DNA from: Bacillota bacterium
Lineage (GTDB): Bacteria > Bacillota > Ch66 > Ch109
DNA: 64,000 bases
Direction of reading: 5' to 3'
NCBI GenBank assembly: GCA_050952625.1
Contig: JBMNLH010000008.1
Span: 10,293 to 74,292 of the forward strand
In this document: positions 8,616 through 19,074 of the stretch, piece after piece
How positions within the stretch are numbered: position 1 is the stretch's first letter
Layout of the letters: every line of letters begins with the position of its first letter
Position numbers and translations under genes: made by a program
The notes under the pieces: model-generated
The model's database searches: none
Told to the model about the DNA's origin: nothing
What the model saw: only the letters and a program-made list of their open reading frames with translations

Positions 8616-10486
8616 CCCGCATTCGGCATGTCAAAACTTTACAGAAAAAATATTTAAAAAATGTCCAGTATCTGGCAGGGACCGGTAAATTTATGTCGAA
8701 TATAACTCTCTAAGATATTTCTTTGGGAGTTGATTCGATTGTCAATATTTGCTGGGATTAAGACCCTTAAACCAATGGCTGTTCCGGTAGTCACCAAGCT
8801 CTGTCGTCTAGCTAAGATTCGGGAACTGGTTAACGAGATAGTATTATGGAGAGAAGATAATTCTAAAATCTCTCCGGGTCTCCTGATCGAAACCCTCATT
8901 ATTAGTATCTTCTGCGGCCGGATGCCTTTATGGAAAGTGCATCAATTTTGGGCTGAGCAGGATTTATCTAACCTGTTTCCCGATGTGGAATTATCAATTG
9001 ATCAGCTTAACGAACATGCCTACGGCCGGGCCTTAGATAAACTAGCTGAAGTTGATTTGAACAAACTGATCAGTTTGGTATCCTTGGTGATGCTTGATAT
9101 TCACAATTTAGATATCTCCACGGTTCATCTAGATACTACTTCCATATCGGTCGAAGGAATCTATGATGTAGAGCCATACAACGATTTTACGATTAATAGA
9201 GGCCACAGTAAGGATCTGCGCCCGGACCTTAAACAATTCAAAATTGGGGCTGCAGTGCAACAAAACGGCCAAGTAGTCATGGGTGAAATGCTCTCTGGGA
9301 ACAAATCTGATAACAAATGGAACCCGGAAGCAGCCTTGAAAATGAAAGAGTTCTTTGATACCCAAGGTTATCGGGATGTCGTTTTTGTTGGTGACTGTGC
9401 CCTGATCTCTAACGAATCTTTAGCCAATCTGACCAAGCAGCACGTTCAGTTTATCTCTCGACTGCCGGAAACCTATAACCTGGCGAAAGAACTAAAAACA
9501 CTGGCCTGGGCCGAAAACTCCTGGCATGACATTGGGATAGTCAGTGAAACCAACTCGAAAAAGGCTTCTCACTACCGAACCTATTTGGTCCATCATGAAC
9601 TGGAAGGACACACTTATGATTTTGTGGTAGTTCACTCCTCTTCCCTGGAAGCCCAGAAAGAAAAGACCTTACAAAAACGGATCGGGAAGCAAAAAGAGGA
9701 GTTAATTAAACAGAGTAAAGGCTTAAAAACTAAGGCTTTTGCCTGTGAACCTGATGCCCAGGCTGCTTTAGATGTCTTCCTTCAAGAATGCCAGCGAAAA
9801 GGCTTTGAGGTTCAAGGAACGGTTCAGATCTGCGTCAAAAAGTCTTACGGTCACCGAGGAAAACCCCGCAATGGAGAAGAACCGACGATTACCACGACAT
9901 ATCACGCTGAAGTCAGTGTTGGCGATATAAAACCAGAGGTTTACCAGTACCTGCTCCAAATGGAATCTACCTTCGTGCTGATCGCCAATGTGAAAGATCG
10001 TCAAAAATACGATGATCAAGGGATTTTATTAGAGTATAAACGGCAGATCTCAATTGAAACCAAGTTTCGATTCCTCAAAAACCGCGTATATTTAGGCCCA
10101 GTATACTTGGAAAACCCGAAGCGAATTTATGCGCTAGGCTACGTGTTTATCCTGGTCTTACTGCTGGCTTCCTACCTGGAGTACCGAGTTCGCAAGGCCC
10201 TAAAGGAACGAGGAGAAGCAGTGAAATTACCGGGAAACAAAAGTACAGACAGACCTTCAGTGCAAACTATACTGGAAGTATTGGGTACTATTCAAACAGT
10301 AAGTATTCAGGGTCAGAGATATTTTCCGGATAATGTTAACCGTCAAGCTTTAAATATGGTCCGTTGGGCCGGGTTTAACCCGGAAGAAATCTATCTCAAA
10401 CCGATATCACTAAACGCATAATTTGTGGAAATAGTTTCCTTTTGTTATAAATCAAAAAGGTTTAGGGCGACATGATGAACATGGGG
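8616..10486 (+). mobile_element. IS1634-family element
   Basis: Imperfect IRs CCCGCATTCGGCATGTC / GACATGATGAACATGGGG; flanks TTTAA/TATAA (imperfect 5-bp TSD). Confidence 0.85.
8730..10421 (+). CDS. IS1634 transposase
   Basis: HLDTTSISVEG, RGHSKDLRPDLKQ, YKRQISIETKFRFLK. Confidence 0.93.
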   Translation: MIRLSIFAGIKTLKPMAVPVVTKLCRLAKIRELVNEIVLWREDNSKISPGLLIETLIISIFCGRMPLWKVHQFWAEQDLSNLFPDVELSIDQLNEHAYGRALDKLAEVDLNKLISLVSLVMLDIHNLDISTVHLDTTSISVEGIYDVEPYNDFTINRGHSKDLRPDLKQFKIGAAVQQNGQVVMGEMLSGNKSDNKWNPEAALKMKEFFDTQGYRDVVFVGDCALISNESLANLTKQHVQFISRLPETYNLAKELKTLAWAENSWHDIGIVSETNSKKASHYRTYLVHHELEGHTYDFVVVHSSSLEAQKEKTLQKRIGKQKEELIKQSKGLKTKAFACEPDAQAALDVFLQECQRKGFEVQGTVQICVKKSYGHRGKPRNGEEPTITTTYHAEVSVGDIKPEVYQYLLQMESTFVLIANVKDRQKYDDQGILLEYKRQISIETKFRFLKNRVYLGPVYLENPKRIYALGYVFILVLLLASYLEYRVRKALKERGEAVKLPGNKSTDRPSVQTILEVLGTIQTVSIQGQRYFPDNVNRQALNMVRWAGFNPEEIYLKPISLNA

Positions 10487-10893
10487 TATAAGACGAACAG
10501 GTGATTCGACAGCTCCTGGTCGTCTTCGGTGACCCAAAAAGGCTTATCTCCGCCAAAGCTCCCCACCTTCCACACCACCAGCAACAGGTCATCCCGGCCA
10601 TCGTTGGTGGCATCTGCCAGGACAAAGGCGGTCACCTGCCAATCGGCTGATGACCGCCAGATTTCTTGTCCCTCCTGAGTAACGCGCAGTTGCTTATCCT
10701 TAAGGACATATCGTTCTACCTGTCCATTCTGATCGAGATCGTATTCTCGCACTTCCTCAACCTTATGAAACCAGGGGAAAAAATGAAAACCCATAAAATG
10801 GTACCCCAAAACAATCAACAAACCTGCTCCCAACAAAAAACCAATTGGTGAACCGTACTTTTTTAAATAACTCTTAACCATAATTTATGTGTT

Positions 10894-10982
10894 GGCCCCT
10901 ATGCCGATAAGCAGCATTATCAGAGAGTGAAAAACGATAATCGCGCAGTGCTTAACAAAGGTCAGCGATTGGTGGTTTACAT
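10894..10982 (-). repeat. dispersed repeat family B, copy 1
   Basis: ATGTAAACC..AATCGCTGACCTTTGTTAA core shared with 13451-13580 and 53951-54081. Confidence 0.75.
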
Positions 10983-11066
10983 TCTTTTCTCACAAGGCTT
11001 CCAGCAGAAGTAATCCAGTTTGCCCACCACAGGGGCGTGTGTAGTATCTCGCTCTCAGCCTCCCGA

Positions 11067-11181
11067 TTTATCTGAATCAAAAGACTCTCGCTTCTATAAG
11101 TGGGGGTTACCTTGTTTAAACTTCAGGTGGAGTAGAGTTTTCATCTGAAGCCTCGATGTCAGCGAAGCTGAACGAGTTCAC
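11067..11181 (+). mobile_element. IS200/IS605-derived non-autonomous element (family A), copy 1
   Basis: TTTAT|CTGAATCAAAAGAC...CTTCTATAAGTGGGGG...AAACTTCAGGTGG...AGCGAAGCTGAACGAGTTCAC. Confidence 0.75.
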
Positions 11182-13412
11182 TCTTTATTCTCCAACTCCC
11201 AAGCCGAAATATAGCGGCAAGGCCCTTCGGCCGTGTAAGACTTGGTCCAGTCAGGCTGTTTGGGAGCCTGGTTAGAAGCTTGGTTAGAAGACTCGTTTGC
11301 TTGAAGCATTTCCTGCCACTTTCGATCCGTCAGCCGCTCATTGGCTGACCAGGGGAATTCGTAATAAGTGTAGACTCCGCCCCGGACAATCCGCAGTTGG
11401 CCTTCTACCGGCACCACCGCATAAATCGGCGAAATATAACCGGTCCCTTCTTCCAGCACCAGATCAGGTGGAGCAGTGGCCACATCGGCCACCACCGGGG
11501 CTGGGTTTTCCCAAATCTGGGAGCGACTGACGACATTCTCTTCCCGTAAGGCTTCCAGCCAGAAGTGTTCCAGTTGCCCGCCGAAGGTGCGAATCAGGTC
11601 ATACTCTTCTGTAGATAAAGGAGTGTTACTCAACTCTTTTTCCGAAATCGTTTTTAAGCTCAGGGCCAATTCCGCCATCCGCTCCAGGCTGGCCTGATCT
11701 CGTTCGCTCAAGAGGCCGCGGCTGGCCAGACCCTCGCGGGTCATAGTGGTCAGGGCCGCCAGCCGAGCGTATAGCTCGGGATTCGGTTCGACGTAGCCGC
11801 GATCATCCGGTTTCTCCGCTCCGCCTCCCCCGCCCATTTCCGCGTAGACCTGTTTGGCGTAAAGAATGGTATCGTGTTTAAGTTCGGTCCAACTGCTCAG
11901 GTAGGTGTTTAGTTCTTTGTGGGCCCAGGCCTGGTTCCGCATAAAGGAAGGATAACCCTCGGGTTTCTCCACTGTCAGCGGCAGCAAGGTGTATAACCAG
12001 TTCCAATATAAATTCTGGGTCCAGGTGTTCTGATCAAGCCCGGCAATGTGGCGGCGCATTTTGGTCATGTTTTCCGGATAGTTGGCGTAATCAGTTTCTC
12101 CCATCTGCTGGAGCAAAGAATAAGCCGCGGTTGAGCCCATGGCCGCTGGAATATCCAGGCCTTTGGGCAAGAGCCTTCTTTCGCCTTGACTGTTCTCTCC
12201 TACTTCCCGGTAAACCAGCCGCTGAAAGATCGAGGCATCCAGGGTAAACCGCTGTCCCATAAACCGAAAACCCTTGATTTCCCGTTCCCGATCCGGCTGA
12301 ATCGTAGCCTCAAAGATCGGAATGGAATTGATCGCGGGCGGTTCCAGTTCCTTGACTTTTTCTAAGAACCGAGCCCATTGCTCTTGATTGTCCGCTACCT
12401 GACTCAGTTTAACCGCTGAGCCGTATAATTCAGTCAGTAGCGCACTGTACTGGTTATAACCGAGGTCATCGCTTCGACCCACAAAAAAGCAGGTCGGCTG
12501 GTAGATCCTCTCCCAACGCCGAAAGTTATCCCCCTGGTTCAGTGCCAGGGTCATTAACACCGCGGATCTGGTTTCATCCTCGTTTTTCACCCGGAAAGTC
12601 ATTCGACCGTACCACATCATGGTTTTAAAATAGTTTTTCAGTTCGTCTGATCCAGTGTAGTGTCCCCGGGGAATGTACTGCGTGTAGTCTTCTTTGAGAT
12701 CCTCCAGCACATCTGGACTCGTCACCCCCAGGCTCATCACCGGGGAGATAGCAATTCCCGCGTGTTGGCTGATTAGATTCAGTTCCTGATTAACTACCTC
12801 GCTGACGCTAGCCGGGATGTTTCCGGTCGGTTCCAATAACTGACTGGCCACTGCGAAAAAGGCGATGTTTCGCCGGGCCGCGTTTTCCCAGGCGGTCCCC
12901 TTCAGGTTTTCGTATTGTTCGATAGAGGCAGTCAGCATAGCCGGGTTCAGCTGTTTTAGTTCCGGAATCAACTGCTCCTTTTCCACACTTTTCAACAAGT
13001 GATTAAAAAACAGGTGGTAATTATGCAACATGGCATCAGTAGTGACCAAGCTGGGGACATAGTCATACCGGTTGGCTTCGTAAAGCTCAAAGAACTCGGG
13101 GTGGAGACCAGGTACCACGACAAACCCATTCTCCGTCAAGCACTTTTGGGCTGCCGACGAGAATTCAAATCGGTCACGATTGCTGATGTTGCTGAGATCC
13201 GCGGCTGCCTGATAAGCCTTAACCGCTGGCTGGACACTTACCGGCACTTCCTGGTAAGGCGCGAACTCCGCCGCGAGGGTTAGTTTCCCTGAGCTAGCCT
13301 CGTGACTAGCTTGTTGCTGCTCGCCAGTCCTGCCGCAGCCAGTTGTCACAAACATTACTAGCAGCAAAGAAACAACTAAAGCACTAAACTTTTTCCCTTT
13401 CCACCGGTACAT
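11178..13412 (-). CDS. DUF3160-family lipoprotein
   Basis: Lipobox VTTGC; EDYTQYIPRGHY, WTELKHDTILYAKQ, GYVEP, GGVYTYYEF. Confidence 0.9.
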   Translation of the reverse strand: MYRWKGKKFSALVVSLLLVMFVTTGCGRTGEQQQASHEASSGKLTLAAEFAPYQEVPVSVQPAVKAYQAAADLSNISNRDRFEFSSAAQKCLTENGFVVVPGLHPEFFELYEANRYDYVPSLVTTDAMLHNYHLFFNHLLKSVEKEQLIPELKQLNPAMLTASIEQYENLKGTAWENAARRNIAFFAVASQLLEPTGNIPASVSEVVNQELNLISQHAGIAISPVMSLGVTSPDVLEDLKEDYTQYIPRGHYTGSDELKNYFKTMMWYGRMTFRVKNEDETRSAVLMTLALNQGDNFRRWERIYQPTCFFVGRSDDLGYNQYSALLTELYGSAVKLSQVADNQEQWARFLEKVKELEPPAINSIPIFEATIQPDREREIKGFRFMGQRFTLDASIFQRLVYREVGENSQGERRLLPKGLDIPAAMGSTAAYSLLQQMGETDYANYPENMTKMRRHIAGLDQNTWTQNLYWNWLYTLLPLTVEKPEGYPSFMRNQAWAHKELNTYLSSWTELKHDTILYAKQVYAEMGGGGGAEKPDDRGYVEPNPELYARLAALTTMTREGLASRGLLSERDQASLERMAELALSLKTISEKELSNTPLSTEEYDLIRTFGGQLEHFWLEALREENVVSRSQIWENPAPVVADVATAPPDLVLEEGTGYISPIYAVVPVEGQLRIVRGGVYTYYEFPWSANERLTDRKWQEMLQANESSNQASNQAPKQPDWTKSYTAEGPCRYISAWELENKE

Positions 13413-13450
13413 TAAGTCCCCCCTTTTTTAAAGATAGTCGTTTGCAATTA

Positions 13451-13580
13451 GACCCCCATGCTGCTGGCAGCACTATCAAACATGAAAAATTATGATCGCG
13501 CCATTATTTACGCAGGTCAGCGATTAGCGGTTTACATACTTATTTTCGTTCCCAGTCTAGCCTGCTGACCGAGTTAAAAA
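13451..13580 (-). repeat. dispersed repeat family B, copy 2
   Basis: Aligns with copies 1 and 3. Confidence 0.75.
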
Positions 13581-13741
13581 ACAAGCAACTGGACAAAAAG
13601 GGCCTTTCCGGTTTTTTGCATTTTTGGTACGAATCCGAAAAGTCTTGATGCCGGCAGTTTTCAAAAAGGGCTGACAAATTAGGGATCTATTACTATGTGA
13701 AACGATTTTCTCGAGAGAAAAGCGACAAAAACGAAAGCAAA

Positions 13742-13856
13742 GTGAACTAGTTCAGCTTCGCTGAATATTAAGGCTTCAGATGGAGACTATACTCCACCTG
13801 AAGTTTAAACACGGTAACCCCCACTTATAGAGGTGGGAGTCTTTTGATTCGATAAA
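13742..13856 (-). mobile_element. family A IS200/IS605-derived element, copy 2
   Basis: Reverse-complement copy with TTTAT at one end and GTTCAC at the other. Confidence 0.75.
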
Positions 13857-13913
13857 CTTTCCATATCTACTTACTATATCTTATATAACCCATATTCGCA
13901 TATCAAAGCTCCA

Positions 13914-14453
13914 TCATGACCAGCCCCGCTCGTAGCTTTGAAAGCAATCCAGACACACCGGTTTGCCGGCTTGCAGTCTCGCTTTGTGCTCGGGAACGCC
14001 TTCGCCGCAGCTAGCACAGACCTGAGTGGCAAATATTCGGGCAGCCGGCGGTAAGCTGAAATGGGGCTGTTTAAAATCAAAAATCTCTTCCAGATCGGCA
14101 TTTAACAGATAAGCTTGCCGCTGGTCTCTTTCCATTTCCACCCCAAAAGGTTTTAACACAATCCGCAAGCCTTCCCCGGTCTGCCGTTTGAAAAAGGTAA
14201 AGGCCTGTTTGCCGGTCCCGCGGTAAATCAGGTTGCCCTTACCCAGGCTGCACCCGGTCAAGATCTGCACAGCGTCTACTCCGCAGGCATCATTTTCCGT
14301 TACGCAAACAATCTCCTCATCCTGCGCAAAGGTAATCCCCATTTTCACCCTAGCGGCTTCGACTACTCTGACGCCAATCGCCAATCCCGGACACTCGTGA
14401 CCGTGGAAGTCCACCGCTTTTCTCCAAGCAGCGAATATATTATCCGTTGTAAT
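13914..14453 (-). CDS. FmdE-family protein with C-terminal zinc ribbon (start uncertain: GTG 14414 or ATT 14453)
   Basis: FHGHECPGLAIG, ENDACGVDAVQ, CASCGE...CLDC. Confidence 0.9.
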   Translation of the reverse strand: MTTDNIFAAWRKAVDFHGHECPGLAIGVRVVEAARVKMGITFAQDEEIVCVTENDACGVDAVQILTGCSLGKGNLIYRGTGKQAFTFFKRQTGEGLRIVLKPFGVEMERDQRQAYLLNADLEEIFDFKQPHFSLPPAARIFATQVCASCGEGVPEHKARLQAGKPVCLDCFQSYERGWS

Positions 14454-14849
14454 CTCCTCTCGCCTCTCTTTAATCTAAGATTTTCCCTTTTTGCAGCTCC
14501 ATCCTTAATCAAACTTGGTTTATATGTTTGTTTATAATATAACATATGCTGCGGGGTAATTAAGTAATTTTGCGCCTAACCCCTAAATGAATTTAGAGGA
14601 ATGCGGTGCAAGTGTTATCTTCAGCCTTCCTTAATCCAGTGCTTTTCTTGCTGCTTTTTTTATAAAAAGGCGAGACCAATACGATGAAAAAATTATGCAG
14701 CTATGATCTGGAGTAAAGCCATTGGAAAACTTAGGGTATTGGGGTTATGGAACCTGAAGAAGCGGGTCCAAAATGTCGGCTAACAGTTGAAGTGCTGGTC
14801 ATGGGGCTTGGGCAGCCGGTAGATCTGCCCTGGAGCAAATCGACATCGT

Positions 14850-16146
14850 TCAGCCCCGCCTAAATTGAATCGGTTCCGTATCCGGGGTGATCGCTGCAAA
14901 GGCAAAACCCATTTCCTTCAAGCCTTCGATAATCGCCGGCAGAGCCTCGGCGGTGCTTCGCTTACCGGGTGCATCATGCAGTAAAACAATGATCCGATCC
15001 TTACCTTTAGCCTGCTTTAGAGTATTAGCGATCAAGGACTGGGCTGACTTATAACTGCCCTCCGCATCGCCCGGGCAAACATTCCAATCGTAATACTGGT
15101 AGCCCTCTTCGATCAGTCGTCTAATGTATTGTTTTTTAAGAAAGGGATTTGAGCCACCGGGAGCCCGAAAAATACTGGGTCTAAACCCAATTGCCTCGAC
15201 CAAAACGTCCCCACAGCGATTAATTTCCCACATCAAGGAATCTTCGGTCCGATAGATCTCGTTGTACCGGTGGGTATAGCTGTGGTTTCCGATCGCATGG
15301 CCGGCGTTGAGGGGCCTGCTGGACAATCTCTGGATGACTTGCCACCTGACGCCCAAGTACGAAAAAGGTGACTGGGATCCGGTGCTCAGCCACAATCTCT
15401 AAAATCCTGGGGGTTACATCAAGTGAAGGGCCATCGTCAAAAGTCAGGTAAGCCACTTTCGCTGGTTTTGCTGGGGCTAAATTGGCCAGCTCCGCGGGAG
15501 CGAAGGCAACAAGAATAACCCGGGCTAATTCGCCTCGGTTCAAGGGATCCTCCGGCTCAAATCGGCTACTCGCCCTCAAGGTAAGGCTGCCCGCCGCCAA
15601 CGCGGCCTGAATCTGGCTGGCGGCCCAGTGTTCGGCTGGCACATCTTTTAGTTCCGGCGGGCTTGTTGGAGAAACCGGGGCGGTCGATAAACTTACCGCT
15701 AAAGCAGCGGCTTCTGCCCGACTAATGTACTGATCCGGGCGGAAGGTGCCGTCTGGATAACCGGCCAAGTAACCAGCCTTAGCCACCGTCATTACCGCTG
15801 AATAGGCCCAGTGATCAGTTGGAACATCGTAAAAGCTATTTTCCACAACAGCCGGGGCTCCTAAACCCAAGGCCCTGACCGTAATATAAGCAGCTTGGGC
15901 TCGGGTTACCGGCTCCCAGGGATGATAGGTTCCATCCGGATACCCGGTAATCAGACCTCGCTGAGCTAGATAATTAATAATACCAAAGTTAGGATTATCG
16001 GCTGTTACATCCGAAAAGGCACGGGCCCCAGTAGGTTGACCTTGAGCCTCTCCTAGATTGGCAGTAGTCAGCTGGGCACCTGTTAAGCAGAATAATAAAC
16101 AACAAAAGACGAATAGTCTGGCTCTCTTGATTAATGCGGCTCTCAT
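14850..16146 (-). pseudogene. SLH-domain polysaccharide deacetylase, one frameshift near 15311-15314
   Basis: SLH repeats (GYPDGT) and LTFDDGPS in one frame; GHAIGNHSYTH, FRAPGG and VLLHD in another; extra base in a G4 run. Confidence 0.85.
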
Positions 16147-16512
16147 CGCGAATTACCTTCCCTTAATTGATACTTAAAACATACCAAAGTGGTATTTGTT
16201 ACAGAATTAAATTAATATTGGTGGCGGCTATCCATAATAAGATATTCTATTACGATTTTAGCTATACTACAGAGATTCTCTTTTCTGGTGGACTCGAAGA
16301 CTATCCTTCCTTTCACTTCGACTGCCAGGCGACAGATACTAGGAAAGCGATTTTCAATAATACCTCTATTTTTCAGCTTTTGTTTTCCATTATAATCTAT
16401 AATTTGGCAATTTCCTAGATTAATAATCCCGGTCTTACTAATATATTTAAAGGTTTAACTCAACGTCTATTAAAAAACCCGTTGAGATTGTGATTATTTG
16501 CCAGGTTAGGCC

Positions 16513-16635
16513 TAAATTCAGTCGTTTGCTAAACAGCGGGGCTGGCGGCGGAGTCTCAACTCTACCCGAAGTTTGAAGAAGTTTGAAGAAGCCCCCCTAC
16601 TTAATAGAAGTGGGGGGCCTTAAAATCATGGTTAA
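16513..16635 (-). repeat. degenerate family A copy
   Basis: Minus strand CCCCACTTCTATTAAGTAGGGGG...CAAACTTCGGGTAGAG. Confidence 0.55.
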
Positions 16636-16654
16636 TTGCACGCTACTGAGAAAG

Positions 16655-18142
16655 CTACTTTACCGGACGGACAAAGGCTTCCCATACTTCAGCATCACAG
16701 GTACTGTAACAATACAATGAATATCCAACCTTCGCCGTATTGGCTCCTATCACGGCTGCCCGCATTTCAGCCGCGGTGATCATCCCGGCTCCGATATCGC
16801 AACCCTGAAGGGCAACCTCAATCGGGACCTGACAACCGGCCTGCTTTAAAACAGTGACCGACTGAGTAATGAATTGGGCAACTTCCTCCTCACTATAGTC
16901 GCGGTTCTTCGTGTGCCAATAGTCCATTAAAATCACGCCGTTAAAGTTATCCGCCATGCTGGAAAACGGATAATACGATCGCTGCTGCGGAGGGTAGGTA
17001 ATAGCCAGCAACGGGCATCCTGACCGCAAGCCAGCGTACGCTGCTCGAGAAAATTCCTCAATGATAGCCTCCGCTTGCCAAGTATCTCTAGGCAGTTCTT
17101 CAATATCGGCCGCCACAGCATCAAGATAATGGCCGCCAGGGGTCCGATAGTTTGACACCTGAGCAATCAACTCAGCGTCACTAACCGGGTCCTGCAAAGA
17201 AGTGTACGCCCAGCCAATTACCTTAATCCCCGCCCGGTGAGCGGCCGGTAATATAGAGTCGATCCAATCCTGCCATTCCTCGGGGAAACCCCGATAACTG
17301 GTGGCAACTTGCAAGTATATTCGATCAATCTTTGCCTTGCTGAATTCCGCTAAATCATGGTTATCGGGTAATTCTGTATAAATGCTTGTCCAAACCCCTA
17401 GGCCGTCTAACAGCTTTTGCTGGTCTGAATCATTGCCCCGGGAAACATCTGGATCGTTATCCCTGCCTGCTGAAGCGGGCCTTAACAATGAAAAATTGGT
17501 TGATGGCTGGTCCATACTAGCAGTGGTTAGCCAACCCGCAATCCAACCAGTGCGGCCATCCGGCAAGGAAATTTTGTACCAATTATTCTGGTCATCCAGC
17601 ACGGAAACAATAACATATCTTGGCAAAACACCCAGCACTTTTTCTTCCAGCCCGGGAGCTTGGCGAACATTGATATAATTGTCATCAGTCGAGGCTTGTC
17701 GGGGAAATATGGTCACTGTCCGATTTTCTTCCTGCCAGGCCACCTGCCAACCGAGGTTTTCCGCGACCCAACGCGCCGGCAGCATGGTTCGGTCATTAAT
17801 AATCACCGGAGCGATATCCATATTGCTCGCTTGCTTATTCACAATAATTTGTTTACTGCCAATGGTCAATTGAATAACCGTCTGATCTTTGGTCAATGTT
17901 GCCCGCTTGTTTTTGGGGTCCCAAGCCACCTGTGCCCCGCAGCTTTCGGCTAAGTAGCGAACGGGAAGTAATGTTCGGTCGTCAATTATTTGGGGAGCGA
18001 TGTCCATGGTAATCAGTTCGCCATTATGTAAGTATTCCATTGAGTCAATGGTAAAAACCGTGTCTGCCTGGGCGATTGCTGGTGATAGAAGCAAGGCAAA
18101 AGAAATAATCAGCCAAAGAAAAAGTATTGGTCTTGGTTGCAT
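16655..18142 (-). CDS. secreted protein: copper-amine-oxidase-N (stalk) domain + SH3 + glycoside-hydrolase-like domain
   Basis: Signal peptide; RTLLPVRYLAE repeats; INVRQAPG...WYKI...GWI; AHRAGIKVIGW...AADIEE. Confidence 0.75.
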   Translation of the reverse strand: MQPRPILFLWLIISFALLLSPAIAQADTVFTIDSMEYLHNGELITMDIAPQIIDDRTLLPVRYLAESCGAQVAWDPKNKRATLTKDQTVIQLTIGSKQIIVNKQASNMDIAPVIINDRTMLPARWVAENLGWQVAWQEENRTVTIFPRQASTDDNYINVRQAPGLEEKVLGVLPRYVIVSVLDDQNNWYKISLPDGRTGWIAGWLTTASMDQPSTNFSLLRPASAGRDNDPDVSRGNDSDQQKLLDGLGVWTSIYTELPDNHDLAEFSKAKIDRIYLQVATSYRGFPEEWQDWIDSILPAAHRAGIKVIGWAYTSLQDPVSDAELIAQVSNYRTPGGHYLDAVAADIEELPRDTWQAEAIIEEFSRAAYAGLRSGCPLLAITYPPQQRSYYPFSSMADNFNGVILMDYWHTKNRDYSEEEVAQFITQSVTVLKQAGCQVPIEVALQGCDIGAGMITAAEMRAAVIGANTAKVGYSLYCYSTCDAEVWEAFVRPVK

Positions 18143-18470
18143 TAGTTATCTCCTTTGTAAAATCTACTGCAAGTAAGATAAAGGGTAAACATCCTGGGAA
18201 AATGTAATGAGTTAAATATAGGCAAATGTAATGAATAATTGTAATGTCCGTCTTTATCAAATGTTGGACGAAAAGATAGCCTTGCCCTTATAACGACAAT
18301 AAAACCAAAAAAGGTACAGACAAACGTCAGACTATTTATTCTAAAAAGATGCCGTTTAAAATAAAAGGCAATAAAAACAGCTATCCCGTAAAAATCCAAG
18401 AATAGCTGCTAAATTACATTCAAATCAACATCCAGTTACTAAACTGGCTGCCCCGGGTCAGTAAATGGCC

Positions 18471-18719
18471 TTAGCGTCCTTTTCGGCCACCTCGTCCGAC
18501 CCCAAAACCTCGGCCACGGCCTTGGCCTTGACCTTGACCCATACCCAACCCACGTCCAATCCGCCTAACCAATCCCTGGACCGGGCCGGTCATCTGATCG
18601 CCGTCCGGTAATTCATTCTGACTCGGAACTCCGTCTGGGTTATTAATACGGCACCTACCCATGCCTCTGCCGGTCATTCGTCCACGACCGTCCGGACCGG
18701 TTCCATCAAAACGCGGCAT
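18471..18719 (-). CDS. DUF5320-family Gly/Arg-rich protein
   Basis: MPRFDGTGPDGRGRMTGRGMGRC; AAGGAGG RBS. Confidence 0.88.
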   Translation of the reverse strand: MPRFDGTGPDGRGRMTGRGMGRCRINNPDGVPSQNELPDGDQMTGPVQGLVRRIGRGLGMGQGQGQGRGRGFGVGRGGRKGR

Positions 18720-18780
18720 AAAAATACCTCCTTAATCAATAATAACTGAGCAACAATCAGTTTTCTTGTCTCCTATTAGT

Positions 18781-18832
18781 ATTTGAGCATATGCTCATAT
18801 TTATTCTACAACGAGTTATGAGCATATGTCAA
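18781..18832 (-). promoter_or_regulatory. sigmaA promoter with two GAGCATATG palindromic operators
   Basis: TTGACA-18-TAGAAT overlapped by TGACATATGCTCA and followed by TGAGCATATGCTCA. Confidence 0.8.
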
Positions 18833-19074
18833 CAATAGGGTTGCCGTCTAGACAAACTATGCTACAGGCGGTAATTTTTTATACTATACCGATCAACTTA
18901 AGTCTAAAAACCCAGAGGTCCAAGGCTCACCGTGCAATTCTACGCTATACTCTGGGTTAAGAATCTTGACCTTAGCTTTATCTAAAAGAAACTCTCCATA
19001 ATCATCCCATGCTTCTTCATCTCCATTTAATGCTCTAATAGATGCTTGTTTGAAAAAGTGATTCGACAAGGTAA

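Larger units (their letters stand above)
8355..10881 (-). pseudogene. exported protein with DxDxNG repeats, split by IS1634 (10487-10881 + 8355-8615)
   Basis: Removing the IS rejoins SNHLFVL-NLIRGKMKPVWFSS; N-terminal TM segment; DLDQNG, DATNDG and DINQDG motifs. Confidence 0.8.
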
